From: Octopus sinensis
Taxonomy: Eukaryota
Direction: 5' to 3'
Assembly (NCBI RefSeq): GCF_006345805.1
Contig: NC_043003.1
Span: forward strand, 3,596,001 to 3,660,000
Length of the DNA: 64,000 bases
Position 1 is the first letter of the stretch. Each line of letters starts with the position of its first letter. The notes under the pieces are model-generated. The model searched no databases and was not told the DNA's origin. It was given only the letters and a program-made list of their open reading frames with translations. Of the stretch, positions 26,347 to 40,520 are shown piece after piece. Both the position numbers and the translations under genes were made by a program.

Positions 26347-27594
26347 GGACAAGAACAGGGATTTATTCTAAACTTCTAAGCAGAGTGAGCTTCACTAAAG
26401 GCAGTCAGGGACCAGGGAGAAGTGTTAAAACCAGACAACAGGGTTCACCCTTTGCCTGTCCAAAGCATTTTTATAAACTTGTCCCAAACTTTTTTTATAA
26501 ACTTTTAGTTACGAGCAATATAAAGCTTTCCTTTCATAAGTCCCTATTTAATTTGGGGGTTGAAAGGAATCTGAGAAGGTGTATCCCATATGATATATGG
26601 ACACCAGAGAAATATGTCCTGTGTATCACATGTGACACACAGAATAGGAAAAGGATGATTTGAGTAAAATGTTTTATTCTATCACAAATCAGTTGCAACT
26701 TATAAAGGAATTTTTGGATCAATTTTGGAGGTTTGAAAGACAAAGATAAACCTAGCAAGACCATAATTCCAAACTTGAACAACAAGGAATTAAATACTAT
26801 TTTAAAATCTCACAACGAGAGATATTTAGCAACAGTACTTTGTAGTAAAGACAGTTTACCAGCATAACATGGCAGCCCTGGTTTAGGACGAATGTTGCTG
26901 TAATTTAGCCCCAGGAGACACACAGATATTGTTTTGAGCTGAGTTGGGGTGCTAGATTCCATTGTTTGATAATATAAGGACACAGATTGTGTCATGCAGC
27001 CAGCTGGAGATGATGTCTCCTGGGGCTAAATTACAGCAACCTTCATCCTAAACCAGGACTGCCATGTTATGTTGGCAAACAATCTTTACTAAAAGGAATT
27101 AAATGTTATGGAGGAGTTTTATAGATTGGTCAGCAGATTGCCATTGTCTGGGTTTCCCCAAAAGTTCAATATAAAAGTAGCTGTGATTATAATTGGTTCA
27201 TCAGAATTTGTCAGTGGTGCAATTAGGCAGTAAGCAGAAGACTGAGGTCCAAACTGGAATCCTCAGGTGAGAAGAATGGTAGGAATAAATTAAAATCGTA
27301 CAAAACAACCAATGAAAATTATTAAAAAATAGAAGGAAAGTTGAAAGGCATAATTTATGTTCAACTGCATAAATCTACCGATTCCTCTCAAAACCACAGA
27401 GACCAGCACCAAATTTAAAACTGTCAATTCTTTGAAGTAATCAATAGACTCAATCATAAAGAGATGATGTACTTAATTAAATTCTTTCTTATTATGCATA
27501 ATATATATATGTGTGTGCATGTGTGCGTGTGTATATAAGTATATATATACACACACATACATGCACACACAAACATGCATGTGTATGCATGCAT

Positions 27595-27629
<35 letters not shown>

Positions 27630-28434
27630 AAAAGTCAAGTGACAGAATTAGAAGATATAATGAATAAACAACATCAATATAACATAATTAATTCAGAGAT
27701 ATTCAGAAATGTTAATTAGTAGTGTTAATTAACAACAGTGATTAATATTAAATAGAATGACTAATTAGTTTTAATCAGTTGTTTGAATTAAGCATTAATA
27801 AATCTGGGTGATAATTATCAAATGTTATTAGGAATTAGAATTAATTACCGTTAGTATTAATCAGTGTTAAATTGGATTAGCAAAACTTGCAAATGGAAAA
27901 TGTAACATACCAAAGCTGATTTCTTCCAGCATTTGCAGAAGAATTCGCAATTTCTTTTACATTTCTTCATTTTGCGGTAAATAAGCCGGATAAGCATTGC
28001 AAAATAACTTAAGAAGGTGAGAGGCGGCGGGAAACAGAGCCGTTCTTCAAAGTCAACAACTAAAGCATAACGCTGGAATTTCCATATGGAAGAAGCTTCA
28101 TTATCAACTTTGCTAATTGTTAATCTGTAAAAAATCATTAAAGTTTCTTTTAGAGAATCGAAACAAATTGTTATTTATTCTTAATACTATGTGCTGGTGC
28201 CATGCAAAATGCACCCATGCTGGTGCCACGTAAAAAAGGAACCATGCTGGTGCCACATATGGAGCAGCCCTTGTTGGTGCCATGTAAAAAGCACCCAGTA
28301 CACTCTGTAAAATGGTTGGCGTTAGGAAAGGCATCCAGCTGTAGAAACCATGCCAAAGCAGACACTGGAACTTGGTACAGCTCCTGACAAACCATTCAAC
28401 TCATGCCAGCATGGAAAACAAACGCTAATTGATG

Positions 28435-28487
<53 letters not shown>

Positions 28488-29714
28488 TTGAAATTTCTAC
28501 AGACAATTTAATTTCTATGAATGCCTGTTCCCAAACTGATAACCATTCTGGTCCAAGAATTGCTGACAGTGTGAAGCAATGGAATCACAAAACGTCAAGA
28601 AACATTTCGTTTGGTATTAGTATGCATTCTTGTTCAATGGCTGTGATGATGGTGATGATGGTGGCAGTGGCTTTGATAGTGGTGGTGGTGGTGGTGGTTG
28701 TAGTAATACTGATGATGATCTTGCATCCCCCCCACTCACCTCCTGTTCCCATCAGATCCCAATACAACAACAACAACCGCAACCATAATAAAAGTAAAAG
28801 CTGTATTTACTTACGCAAACATTGCAAATAAAATTGTGGTAAGAATTAATTTGCATATAATGAGATATTGCAACACAACGATGTAACCCCCGAGACTGGA
28901 ATATGGACATGTAGCAACAGCAGCAATTCCTGCATCTGCAACAGAGAAAAAAAACCAAACAAACATAACGCTGAGCAGACACTCACACTTAACAAGAAAA
29001 TTCCTCTCACACTCGACCACAACAAACAAAACCACATCTCAACATCTCTTCTCTTCTTCACATTTCTGCTTCATGCACGAAGCTTACCTCCCACACCCCA
29101 ATCCTGTCCCCTTCATACCCCCTGATTTACAATACGGGGTGACTAGACTATAACGCACACCGCCAGATATTTTAAGCATCTCAGCAGCAATTCCTGAAAG
29201 GCTGGGGGGCTTTCTCTGTCTTCATATCCTTCATTGCTTTATCTACCAGGGTACTGTCATTTCAGGTAGTTGGTACCTCAGTTGGGTCAACCTTTGGCAG
29301 ACTCTCCTCCTCCCCATTCATTCTCCACATTCAGCAGTCTTTCATAATGGCAGTTCCAAGCCTCTTTCTTTGCTGAATCATTAAAAGCAAGGCACCATCA
29401 TTCATGCAGACACATTTCTATACTTATATATTTATAATATAGTGTAAAATTAATTAATTAATTGATTAATAATTAATAATTTTACTAATTAGTCATTACA
29501 TTAAAAAAACCTTTTTAGGTGAATTATACAAAATATTCTATAATTATATGAATAATTATAATCAGGGGTCAGCTAGCTGCCTCACCATGTACTGAATTGG
29601 AAATAGATACTAATATCTTTTCAACTACCATAAAAATGGTATTTCTAATTCAGTACGTAATGAGGCACTTAGCTGACCCCTGATTATAATTATGTATATA
29701 ATTATAGAATATTT

Positions 29715-29774
<60 letters not shown>

Positions 29775-31184
29775 ACACACACACACACACAATGTACTCG
29801 AAAGGCTATTGACTTTGAAGACTCTTGTTATTCATTCTGCAGGGTATCCAAAACCACCCTCTTCATCAATGCAAACTGATACTAAAAAATAATGAAGATC
29901 TGTTATGACACAAGATAAAGTACCCGCCAAAAAAATATAATGTTTCACCTGAGTATATATAAACAAGAGTATTCTTACCTGAAACAAATGGCGATGATGT
30001 TTTTTCTGAAATGGAAAATAAAATAGTTTTAAAGTCATAGAATAATTTATGCGTGAGTATATGATGCATGAATGAGTGTGTGTGTGTGCGTTATAATATA
30101 TATATATATATAAATTATATATAAAAAGGAACAAGAACGTGAAATACACAAAGAGACGACACAAAAAACAGACGGGTCATTCGAAGCCTTTAATCTTCAG
30201 TCAGAAACCGGATCATCATAGCACATTTCGGCTGATTAATCCTGATATTGCTCCGAAACGGCCAGCCCCAATGAAAAACTAAGCTGTGAGCATTAGATTT
30301 CTTGGAAAAAGGATCAAATGTAAACGAAACAAGGACAGAAAAACGGACGAAGTCACACGAATATAAATACAAAAAACAAAAACAAAAATAAAAACAAGAA
30401 TGGTAATAACAGGACAAGGAGGTTATGAGAGGTATTGGTGTCAATAAGACCCAAAGGTGTCAGGTAATGCTGAGTAAGTGCTATGGCTAGACTATAGTTA
30501 CGCTCCAGGTTCGGTGATTATGCGAATAAGGAGTCAAACATAGGTCATATCAACATGTGTATGTATAAATTTTTTTTTCCGAATGAGATAAGACGAGTGT
30601 GTGTGGTTGGTTGCGATTGTGATGGTTGGTGCATGTTTGAGATGTGATTTGAGACATGTATTGTTTGAGCCTGGTGTTATGGATGTTTTCTATTTGTTGG
30701 GAAAAGCCGCTAGCAGCAAGTGTTTGATTATAAATATGGTGCATGATTATTGAAAATTTCCTCAGTGGAAGACAGGTCGGATATGCGGGTTGAGATGCAG
30801 CTGATTATGTTATTGAAAGTGGATTTGTGGTGATTGGAGTAGATGTTAAGGTATTTAAGATATTGGTTAGGTTTGTGGTAAGAGGAGTATTGACAGGTTG
30901 ATAAGTTTAAAGTTGCATCAAGAATGACCAATTTTAAATACTATTGGAATTTACTCATAAGATATTGGAATCTTATATACATATACCATTCTGCCTAAAT
31001 AATGGATCTACAAATGCAATTTCCCTGCATATCTCACATCTATTTTCATTCCTCCACTTAACCATTTTCTCACACCGTCTCCGATAAAGGGATACAATAA
31101 ATATCCTGGAAACAGCTGTAAGACCTTCTATTTATAAATGTTCTAAAATCTTCATGGCCTTGGTTTTTTACCTCATTCTGAAAA

Positions 31185-31221
<37 letters not shown>

Positions 31222-33804
31222 CACACATCTATATAATACATCTGTCTATGTACACATGTATATATGTTGAGGCATACACACACATACACTTCTGTAATAA
31301 TAGTTTTTGCATTTAGGTACAAGGCCAGAAATTTTGAGTGGGAGGACTAAATTGATATCAATGACCCCAGTATTCCACTGGTACTTTATTTTCTCAGTTG
31401 AATTGATAGGAACATAAATTGTGACTAAGGTTTGGTGGAAGATTTTAATTCAAAACTTATGAAAACAAGACATTTGTGCTACACAGGATCAGAGGCAGTT
31501 TCAGTCAGGTTGGTATCAAAAGAGTCCATGTTTTACTTACTTGTAGTGCAATAACCTGGCGAAATATTTTTGTACAAAGGAGTGCAGTCTTTAAAACCTG
31601 GAAATAGAAACGGTTATGGCATTAGAGGTAAAGATGTGATTTACAGTCATGTCACTTACGTTGAATGTCTCCATTTGGTAAATTTAACATAGAACCAATC
31701 AATATAATGTATTTACATTTCATACAATTAATACACATTTTATTTAATTAATCCCTAATTAATGTGTACTTCATATAGTTACATTATAAACATCATCAGT
31801 TAACATTTGTTTTCTAAATTGTCGAGAGTCGGATGGTTTTGTAGCAGATTTGAAACTGGATCACTGGATAGCTGAGTAAGCATCAACAGCTAAACCCTAG
31901 AGAGACATTTTTGTCTTCCAGATATAAAATTTCCAAATGATGCCTATGACGGTTCAACAAGAGGAACTGGTGAACCAGAGGAATTGGTGAACCAGAGGAA
32001 CTGGTGAACAAGAGGAACTGATGAACAAGAGGAAGTGGTGAGCAAGAGGAAGTGGTGAACCAGAGGAAGTGGTGAACCAGAGGAAGTGGTGAACAAGAGA
32101 AACTGGAGAACCAGAGGAACTGATGAACAAGAGGAAGTGGTGAACCAGAGGAAGTGGTGAACAAGAGAAACTGGAGAACCAGAGGAACTGATGAACAAGA
32201 GGAAGTGGTGAACCAGAGGAAGTGGTGAACAAGAGAAACTGGAGAACCAGAGGAACTTATGAACAAGAGGAACTGGTGTATAAGACCTCAGCAGAATTTG
32301 AACTCAGAATGTAAAGACAGATGAAGTACCGCTAAGCATTTCGCCCGGTGTACTAAAATTTCTGCCAGCTCTCCGCCTTAAACAGAAGAAATATTTTTTT
32401 TCTATTTTAGGCAGAAGGTCCGAAATTTTTTGGGAAGGGGGCCAGTCGATTAGATCGATCCCAGTACATAACTGGTACTTAATTTATCAACTCAGAAAGG
32501 ATGAAAGGCAAAGTCGACCTCAGTGAAATTCGAACTCAGAATGTAAAGACAAATGAAATACCGCTAAGCATTTTGCCTGGCATGCTAACGTCTCTGCCAG
32601 CTCGCTGTCCTAGACAGAATATAATATTGAAATAGAGAAACAGCAGATATTTACCATCTAAATCCTGAATTTGTGTTAAAAATAAGGCAAAGAGTGGACG
32701 TGTCAAGACATTTTTTAACATTTGGATGCCAAGAGGATAGTTTGGGTAGAGGACGGCTTGCGTGGTCACACCACCAGCTAAGAGGAATATCAAGAACATC
32801 CTGATGAAGGCCACAAAATCATGCTTCACCTAAAAAAGACAAACAGTTTAAGGATTAAAGGATTAAAGGATTAAAAGTAGACAGCATTTGATAATGTTGG
32901 TGGTGGGTGGGGGGGAGGGTGGTGGTTTGCTGTTGCCATTGGTGGTGGTGGTGGTGGTGGTGGAGGTGGCAGTGTTCTTGTTGGTGTTGTTGTTTTTTGT
33001 TGTCATTAATTTCTTTTGTTGTTCCTGCAATACTCTTTTACTCTTTACTCTTTTACTTGTTTCAGTCATTTGACTGCGGCCATGCTGGAGCACCGCCTTC
33101 AGTCGAGCAAATCGACCCCGGGACTTATTCTTTGTAAGCCCAGTACTTATTCTATCGGTCTCTTTTGCCGAACCGCTAAGTGACAGGGACGCAAACACAC
33201 CAGCATCAGTTGTCAAGCAATGCTAGGGGGACAAACACAGACACACAAACACACACACACACATATATATATACATATATACGACAGGTTTCTTTCAGTT
33301 TCCGTCTACCAAATCTACTCACAAGGCATTGGTCGGCCCGGGGCTATAGCAGAAGACACTTGCCCAAGATACCACGCAGTGGGACTGAACCCGGAACAAT
33401 GTGGTTGGTTACCACACAGCCACTCCTGCACCTATCGTGAAGGTAATACTAAAAGCAATGGAAATTTACTTCCATACATTTCACGTGTTCTATTGCTATT
33501 GTTGTTGTGGCTGTTGTTGCTGATGCTATCACGGACTTTTACAATTTGGCCCTTTTTTCCAGTGGACAAACAAACCCTCGTCCGCCTTTTCAAGCAAAAA
33601 TTGAGGGATGTGTTGTTAGGTTGAATAAACCCCAGATTAACACTTAAATGGCAACAGATGGAGAAAAAGTCACCAGTTCCCTAAGGTCCTGGTTGGTTTA
33701 TCAATGTAACGCTGACAAATGTACAATATATAACAATGTGTAACAATATAAATAAAAACAAGCTTACAAGAGTGATGTGCAATATATAAGTTGATACACG
33801 AATG

Positions 33805-33870
<66 letters not shown>

Positions 33871-33887
33871 TTAATAATGATGATAAC

Positions 33888-33954
<67 letters not shown>

Positions 33955-36900
33955 TGTCTTAAATGGCACATCACGTATTGAGAAGAGCATTGTCGCTGTG
34001 AGAACTATTACTACCCATGTATTTTAATTTAACTTTAAAAAAAAAAAAATGAACGAACTATTGAGTTTAGTTTAATGGCCTACCAATGTATACTATGAGT
34101 TTCTTTGCTCTAGGAGTCGGGAAGACACTCGGCAAGAAATGGAAGCAAATTTGAAAGAAGAAAAAAAAATAATAATAATAATAGTAATAATAATATATGG
34201 AAGTATGTAGAATTAGAAATAGAAAGTCCTTGGTACAGTATTATATATCTGAAAAGATTATTAGGAGTTTACAAGCACCAAATAATTTATAAACATTTAA
34301 TTATTAAAGTGGAAAAATTATCAGAAAAACCATTTCTATTTATCTTTTCAAATATATATATGTATATATATTAATAGTAATAGTAAGTGAGGGCGCGTGG
34401 CTTAGTGGTTAGGGCATTCGGCTCATGATCGTAAGGTTGTGAGTTCGATTCCCAGCGACGCGTTGTGTCCCTGAGCAAGACACTTTATTTCACGTTGCTC
34501 CAGTCCACTCAGCTGGCAAAAATGAGTTGTACTTGTATTTCAAAGGGTCAGCCTTGTCACTCTCTGTGTCACGCTGATTTTCCCCGAGAACTACGTTAAG
34601 GGTACACGTGTCTGTGGAATGCTCAGCCATTTGCACGTTAATTTCACGAGCAAGCTGTTCCGTTGATCGTATCAGCTGGGACCCTCGTCGTCGTAACCGG
34701 CGGAGTCTTTAGAAATAGTAATAGTATGACAACAAAAGAAAGAATAAGACCTCAATATTATGTAAATAGAAGTAATATAATATGTGACAATTATTCGGTT
34801 GCCATAATAAAACTCTGAGTTTCAGATGTCGGGGTGAAAAACTGCTCCGGCATCTCGTCAGTTATTGTTTGTCTTAATAACTGACGAGATGCCAGAGCAG
34901 TTTTCCATCCTGACATCCAAAATGCAGAGTTTTATTCTGGCAACTGAATAATTGTCACATAGTATATTACATGAAGGATTACGTAAGTAATTTATTCGGT
35001 AATAGAAGAAACTGGTATACGATTAATTCTTGATTTTTTTGTAATTTTCATCTGTCTTGCCTGCCTATGTTCTGGTGTTTGCTGAATTTTCTCTGGAGAA
35101 CATTCTTTCTTTGTAGTTAGATCGTATGTGATCTTCTTCTAGCATATGGCCATCCACCTAGTGGATTTTAGCCCTAAATACACACACACACACACATATA
35201 TTTTCATGTTTCACTAAGAAGCAGTATTTGGTACAAGAATTTCCAACTCAAGTCAAATATAATAAAACTACTCCAAATTGTTGTTAGACTAACACAAAAT
35301 GTGGAGTCTAGATTAGTTTGTACAGACATTGAGCTGTATTAGCTGTAATGATGAAGCCAAATCAAATAGGGATATTTTGAAATCATTTAATATGTATGTT
35401 TCAGACTTGCATGATACATAATAGGAAATGCATCCATTACGTAAACCTTCCTCAGTTATAGCATTTCAAAAATGTATACATGTATGCATGCATGTATGTA
35501 TGTATGTATATGTATAGGGTCATCCCATAAATAATGCAGTTTTTTATACTTCTTTTATTTTTCAAAATTAAGATAAACAAAGTTCTTTTTCAATCTAAAA
35601 TATACTCTCCTTCATTTTCTACAATGCTCTTCCTTCTATCTGGTAGACTTGCAAACCCCCTCTTCCAAAATTCCCATGTCCATGACGAAAAGTACTCCTC
35701 CAATACTGTTCTGACCTCCTCTACAGAATTCATACTTTTTCCATCCAAATGATTTTGAAGACTGCAGAATAAATGATAATTAGATGGGCAATGTCCAGCA
35801 AATATGGTGGGTGGAACATCATTTCCCATTCAAACTGCTCCAGCCTTTGGAATGTCATCCTTGCTGTATTTGGCCAAGCTTTATCCTGATGGAAGAACAC
35901 CTTTCGTCTCAAAACCAAAGATGGTCATTTTTCATCTAGCATTGACTTGGATGACTGGGTGAATGACAAAATCCAAGCTTCTCTGCTAGTTCCTCAACAA
36001 TTATGATGGGATTTTGTTCCACCAGGGTTTGCAGGTTGTCCTTATCAAACTCTACAGATCTTCTAGGACAAGGCTCCTCTTCTAGGCTGTAGTTTCCAGC
36101 TCAGAATTTCTGGAACCACCATTGACACTGGCTTATGCTTATTGTCCGATCCCCATATACTGCATTAATATTCCTTGCACTATCCGTTGCATTGTTGCCT
36201 TTATTGAACTCATAAAGCAAAATATGCCGAATATGTTCCTTTGTCACTTCCATCATAGCTTTGAAAAAATAACTTAAAATCAAACTGCACTCTTGAAAAC
36301 CTGCACTAAGAATAAGTACAAGGTAAAATTACTACCTGCTTTTATAGCATGTTGATGCAGGTAGTTTATCCCATCCTCCTCCGACTTTTAGTTCATGCAA
36401 TTGAAAAAAAATGCATTATTTATGGGACGATCTAATATATGTCAGCCCTAGTCTGACCAATACTTTCTGAGCTGAATTAGTAGATGGAAACTGTGTGGAA
36501 GCCTGTCATATAATTATGTCTATGTATGAGTGTCTTTCTGTCTCTATTCTTCACCCCATCCCACACTGTTTGACAACTGGTGTTCTGTTGTTTACATCCC
36601 TATAACAGTTTTGCTAAATTGACCATAGACTTAAAAAGCATAAAGTGGCCGTGTGGTAAGAAGATTGCTTCCCAATCAGATGGTTCTGGGTTCAGTCCCA
36701 CTGTGTGGCACCTTGGACAAGTGTCTTCTACTTATAGCTCCAGGCTGAAGAAAGCCTTGTGAGTGGATTTGGTACACGAAAACTGAAAGACCACTATGTG
36801 TGTGTGTGTGTGTGTGTGTCTATGTGTGTGTCTGTTTTTGTCCCCTACCACTATTTGACAATGTTGATGTGTTTAACTTAGTGGTTTGGCAAAAGAGACT

Positions 36901-38056
36901 GATAGAGTAAGTACCAGGCTGTAAAAAAAAAACAATGAGCACTAGGGTTGATTAGTTTGACTAAAATTCTTCAAGGTGGTGCCCCAGCATGGCCGCAGTC
37001 TAATGACTGAAGCAAGTAAAAGGTAAAAGCTAGAACTTACCATTCTGACAATACGTACTAAATTCGGTCCGAGCGTTGGACTAATAGGCAGGTATACACC
37101 AAGCAGACGATAGAAAAAATAGATCAAACCAATAGCCATGACAATCTTCGCTGTGATAAAATCGGAGAAATTCACCCAGTTTGGAATAATCCGCAAAATC
37201 AGGTAGAGTATTAAGAACACCAATATTAAGATAATCTCCACACAGTGTCCGAGTAATGATAATGCTTTGTATTTCTGAAGGGAAAAGAAAAAAAAAATAA
37301 TAATAACAATAACAATAAGAATAATAACAACAACAACAACAATAACAACAACAACAATAATAATAACAATAATAATAATAACAACAACAACAACAACAAT
37401 AATAATAACAACAACAACAATAATAACAATAATAATAATAATAATTCTTTTTACTTTTTAATTTTTATTTTTATTATTAATAATAATAATAATAACAATA
37501 AAACTGATTGGAAGTGTTATCATGTACATTGTTTTGTCTTGGCATAAAAGATGGGCTACAGCAAATATTCTGCTCAATACCACAGATTTGCTTGTCAGTT
37601 GTTTGACCTTAACCAGTTGAGCATGTCCCTTAGTGGCTGACGATATGTGCATCTCTGATCACGAGCAGAAGTAGTGGGGGAGCATCATAGCCATGTGTTG
37701 AGAGGGATTCTTTGGGGTTTGAATGATTCACCTCTGGAAACATGGGTGGTTCTTTCAACATCCTTAAACAACCCTTATTCAGGGACCTTTTGAGCGGGAT
37801 GGGCTACTCGACCAGAACAAAATTCTGCAAGGTCATGTGCTGTTTATCTTGATATGAGATCACCATGTCGTGCACATATGGTTGTGATGCATGTACCTGG
37901 TGTACCCTTATCAGACGGGTAGTCATGATGGGTATACTGGGCTTCGTATATTTTACCCCAGTGTCATTTTGATGGCATGCACTGCTCTCTCACTCAATAA
38001 TAATAATAATAATAATGACAAAGCATGGATTCTTAAACCCTTTTCAACTACACACA

Positions 38057-38087
<31 letters not shown>

Positions 38088-39081
38088 TCACATGCACATA
38101 CACACATACACACACACACATATTTGTATAGTTACCTGCAGCTTATAGTTGCAGATAAATAGTTCCCTGATTATTTGTTGTGGTCAAGCATCTGAAAGCG
38201 TTTGGAACATCTATCGCAAGGCTCCAAATAAACGAAATGGTAAAACACACTTTGAAACTGGACAATAAACTTGTGTTCTTCCTTATTTCTCATAAGGGGT
38301 TGCTGGAAAGTTCCTGGCTTAAAGGGTGTCGTGAAAGGCCTGGTTAGAGGACCAACCTTCTGAGTTCTTTTTACAGGGCTTAGAAAAAACTGAAGGACCA
38401 CTGCAAGACTTTTGTTAGCCGCTCTCCAGCCATCTATTTAAAACTGTATACAGCTATGGTACGACCACACTTGGAATTCGCATCATCAGTTTGGAACCCC
38501 TATCTTGCTCAGAACATTGACCTCCTGGAATCTGTCCAGAGACGTGCAACCAAACGCATACCCTCCATCAGACACCTACCATACTCTGAGCGCCTTGTTT
38601 CCCTGGGCATGGATTCACTGAAGCTCCGGCATCTGGTGATGGACTTGGTAAACATCCACAAAGTTATCGACCACCTCACCAACAACAACACTGAACACCT
38701 TTTTGATCTCCATGTGTCTAACACACGTGGACATGCCTACAAAGTCAGAAAACAACACAGCTCCCATGACTTTCGGAAACATTTTTTCATGCTCAGAGTT
38801 GTTGAAGCATGGAACAAACTGCCTGCGTCAGTTGTTGACTGCCATGACACTGCATCCTTTAAGGCCCTCATGCTTTCCAAAATCTGCCGAAACTACACCT
38901 GATTATACATACACTTTAGATGAATTGTAGTGCACCTGAGCACTGTACACAATGTTTTTATCATATTATATTATAATTGCGTGAATCTGAGAGGGGAATA
39001 TGTTGAATAAAATCATAATTAACCGATCCACCTGTATTTTCTTTTACCCAAAGCTAGGAACTTTTCAACACCCCTGAATAT

Positions 39082-39128
<47 letters not shown>

Positions 39129-40489
39129 TATATATACTTACATATATATATATATATATATATATATGGTGGCTGCCCCCTCGTTATTGAGTATGGCCAT
39201 TACACGAAGCTTAATCAATGTTGTTATCGTGCAATGCCTGTGCAAGAAGATTTTTTTAAAGTGAGGAAAGGCTGTGCACTGATTCAATCCCACTCACTAA
39301 GCAACAGCAGCCATAATCCGAAAAGAAGAACAAGTCAACATCATCGGTAACCACTGAGCCGCAGGTTTTATGTCGGAGTTATCCCAGTTACCTGAGTTAC
39401 CTTCTCCTAGAAGGATGCCCTAACAAAGGTTGGAGTCCTTCACTCCCAATGGTTTAACCACACGATCGGGTATTCAGTCCGATTATATCTATGTCCCCGC
39501 GCATGATACATCCTTAAGACATTTATTGGATGGCCGTTGACTCTCAAGAGTTCCTCCGCCCTTTGACGGGTTTTGTTTTTCATCCCACAGGGTGTCCAAT
39601 AAACACCCTCCTCACCAAGCAAGCTTGGTGGGGTTGCTGGTTTAGTCACTGAGGACCCAACCATTAGTGTAGCGGGTGCTTTTTTACGTGTCACTGGCAC
39701 AGGTGCCAGACGAGGCTGGCAATGGCCATGATCGGATGGTGCTTTTACGTGTCACCAGCACAGAGGCCAGTCAAGGTGGCGCTGGTAATGGCCACATTCG
39801 GATGGTTCTCTTACATGCCACAGGCACTGGTATCACAACTACAATACACACACACATACACATGCATATATATATATATATGTATGTATGCATACAAAAA
39901 CACATAAAGGGATGCTGAAAAGTTCCTAGTTTAAAGGGTATCACGAAAGGCCTGGTTGGAGGCCCGACTTTCCAATTTTTTTTTACAGGGCTTAGAAAAC
40001 CAGAAGGATTGCTGCAATAAGTGTGTGAACCTGATGGAGGGGGGGGGGAATATGTTGAATGAAATCATAATTTCTTTTACCCAAAGCCAGGAACTTTTCA
40101 GCACTTCCTTGTATATAGACGTATAATAATAGTATCATCATCATCATCGTTTAACGTCTGCTTTCCATGCTAGCATGGGTTGGACGATTTGATTGAGGGC
40201 TGGCGAACTAGATGGCTGCACCAGGCTCCAGTCAGATCTGGCAGTGTTTCTACAGCTGGATGCCCTTCCTAACGCCAACCACTCCGTGAGTGTAGTGGGT
40301 GCTTTTTATGTGCCACCCGCACAGGTGCCAGATGAGGCTGGCGAACGGCCACGCTTGGATGGTGTTTTTTTATGTGCTACCGACACAGGTGCCAGATGAG
40401 GCTGGCGGATGGTGTTTTTTTTTTTTTTTAAATGATGTATATATGTATATATGGCATATGATGATGTGTGCATGTATATGTGAAAGTGT

Positions 40490-40520
<31 letters not shown>

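Noticed and set aside
34387-34460. tRNA-like sequences here and at 16280-16350 and 48227-48295
   Set aside because: They are SINE heads that continue into the SINE body and lack a complete cloverleaf.
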